In this document: positions 63,285-64,000 of the stretch, piece after piece | How the letters are laid out: the number at the start of each line of letters is the position of its first letter | Numbering within the stretch: position 1 is the stretch's first letter | Assembly: GCA_028821265.1 (NCBI GenBank) | Contig: JAPPGU010000033.1 | Span: forward strand, 11,437 to 75,436 | DNA from: a bacterium | Lineage (GTDB): Bacteria > Actinomycetota > Acidimicrobiia > Spongiisociales > Spongiisociaceae | Reading direction: 5' to 3' | Length of the DNA stretch: 64,000 nt | The notes under the pieces: generated by a model | Database searches by the model: none | Told to the model about the DNA's origin: nothing | What the model saw: only the letters and a program-made list of their open reading frames with translations | Position numbers and translations under genes: made by a program

Positions 63285-64000
63285 TTATCCGGCCGGAACC
63301 AGCGAGAGGTACAGAACCCGCTTGTCGCCGGTGATGTAGGTACCCAGGTCCGCGTTGGCGAGCAGATCGTTGTGGTACACGTGCGACGCGTTGGCGTAGA
63401 CGGTGCCCGTGTAGGGGTACACGTTCTCGGCCTCGAGCCTCTGGATCCGCTGGAAGATCTCGGGCCGCTCCTCCTGGGAGGCCGCCGCCAGGGCGTCCAG
63501 TTCGGGGATCAGCTCGGGAAGGATCTCCTCCGGGGGAGCCTGCCAGCCGGTCCTGGGCAGGACGTACCGGTAGGGGTTCGAGTACCAGCCCTGGTCCGTG
63601 GCCGACAGGTCGTAGTCCGCGTTGATCAGCTTCGGTATCCAGACCGCCTGCTCCACCGGGTTGAGGGTCACGTTGATCCCGGCTTCCGCCCAGGAGGCCT
63701 GGAGGACCTCGAAGAACACGTCCTCGTACGGGACCCGGGTCGGGTAGGTGAACACGAGGTCGACGCCGTCGGTGTAGCCGGCCTCGGCCAGGATCTGCTT
63801 GGCCGCCTCGACATCCCGCTGGTAGTTGGGCAGGTCGTCGGGTCCCAGGCCGTACGCGACCGACGGATGGGAAGTCGACCACGGGAACGCCTCGCCGAGG
63901 AAGGCGATATCGACCAGGGCCTGACGATCCATGGCGAGCCACAGTGCCTTGACCACGGCCTCGTCACGGGTCGCGCCTACCCGGCTGGCATGGATCCAGA
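63285..64000 (-). CDS. ABC substrate-binding protein, family 5, C-terminal part (gene continues beyond the window edge)
   Basis: Contains VVKALWLAMDRQALVD (the conserved A(L/I)xxA(I/M)DR segment), AKQILAEAGY and INVTLNPVEQAVW. The frame is open to the window end according to the ORF track. Confidence 0.8.
   Translation of the reverse strand, partial: WIHASRVGATRDEAVVKALWLAMDRQALVDIAFLGEAFPWSTSHPSVAYGLGPDDLPNYQRDVEAAKQILAEAGYTDGVDLVFTYPTRVPYEDVFFEVLQASWAEAGINVTLNPVEQAVWIPKLINADYDLSATDQGWYSNPYRYVLPRTGWQAPPEEILPELIPELDALAAASQEERPEIFQRIQRLEAENVYPYTGTVYANASHVYHNDLLANADLGTYITGDKRVLYLSLVPAG

Noticed and set aside
63957-64000. Apparent in-frame TAG/frameshift near the window edge in the SBP gene.
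   Set aside because: This arose from my hand-indexing. The last printed line appears one character longer than expected. The supplied ORF track (starts at 63956 and 63967, 11 nt apart) is consistent with an open frame to the window end, so no disruption is claimed.

Overview
The window is strongly GC-rich, with G/C at most third codon positions. Gene content and order look actinobacterial, possibly Acidimicrobiia-like, but that is an inference. It splits into two parts.

(1) About 1-26 kb is a conserved housekeeping backbone on the + strand: cdsA-dxr-rseP(rip1)-ispG-proS-rimP-nusA-infB-DUF503-rbfA-nrnA-truB-ribF-rpsO-pnp. It is followed by an Fpg/Nei glycosylase, an F420-type LLM oxidoreductase, the conserved actinobacterial SCO1664/DUF3090/phosphomutase trio, an SRAP (YedK-like) peptidase, RNase P RNA (rnpB), an aquaporin and trpD.

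(2) About 25.7-64 kb is accessory. It holds:
- a TlpA-like redoxin lipoprotein interrupted by one in-frame TGA;
- two paralogous lipoproteins built from PPC-domain repeats (26.7-29.1 kb and 47.6-49.5 kb), plus an orphan PPC fragment;
- two regulator-less metabolic gene blocks rich in phosphotriesterase (PTE)-family hydrolases (4 copies), ThDP enzymes (3), PLP aminotransferases (3), SDRs (2), amidohydrolases (2) and a P450;
- one Opp/Dpp-type ABC importer attached to each block;
- a vapBC + P-loop kinase insertion inside block 1.

Observations most worth a second look:
- The TGA at 26161-26163 sits exactly on the first Cys of the WCxxC motif of the TlpA-like protein, and a hairpin lies just downstream. 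This makes it a candidate UxxC selenoprotein.
- The minus-strand block ThDP-PTE-PTE-ThDP-aminotransferase is fused to an ABC importer.
- The catalytic-domain-less PPC/Cys-pair repeat lipoproteins.
- An AT-rich TAGTTG/CAACTA palindromic intergenic element family.
- A 650-bp noncoding region containing an orphan terminator and 35-bp tandem repeats.
- An RGG-repeat tail on PNPase.

Limits: no database searches were run. Protein calls rest on motifs I recognise in the supplied translations. Coordinates of non-ORF features were hand-indexed and may be off by 1-2 nt.
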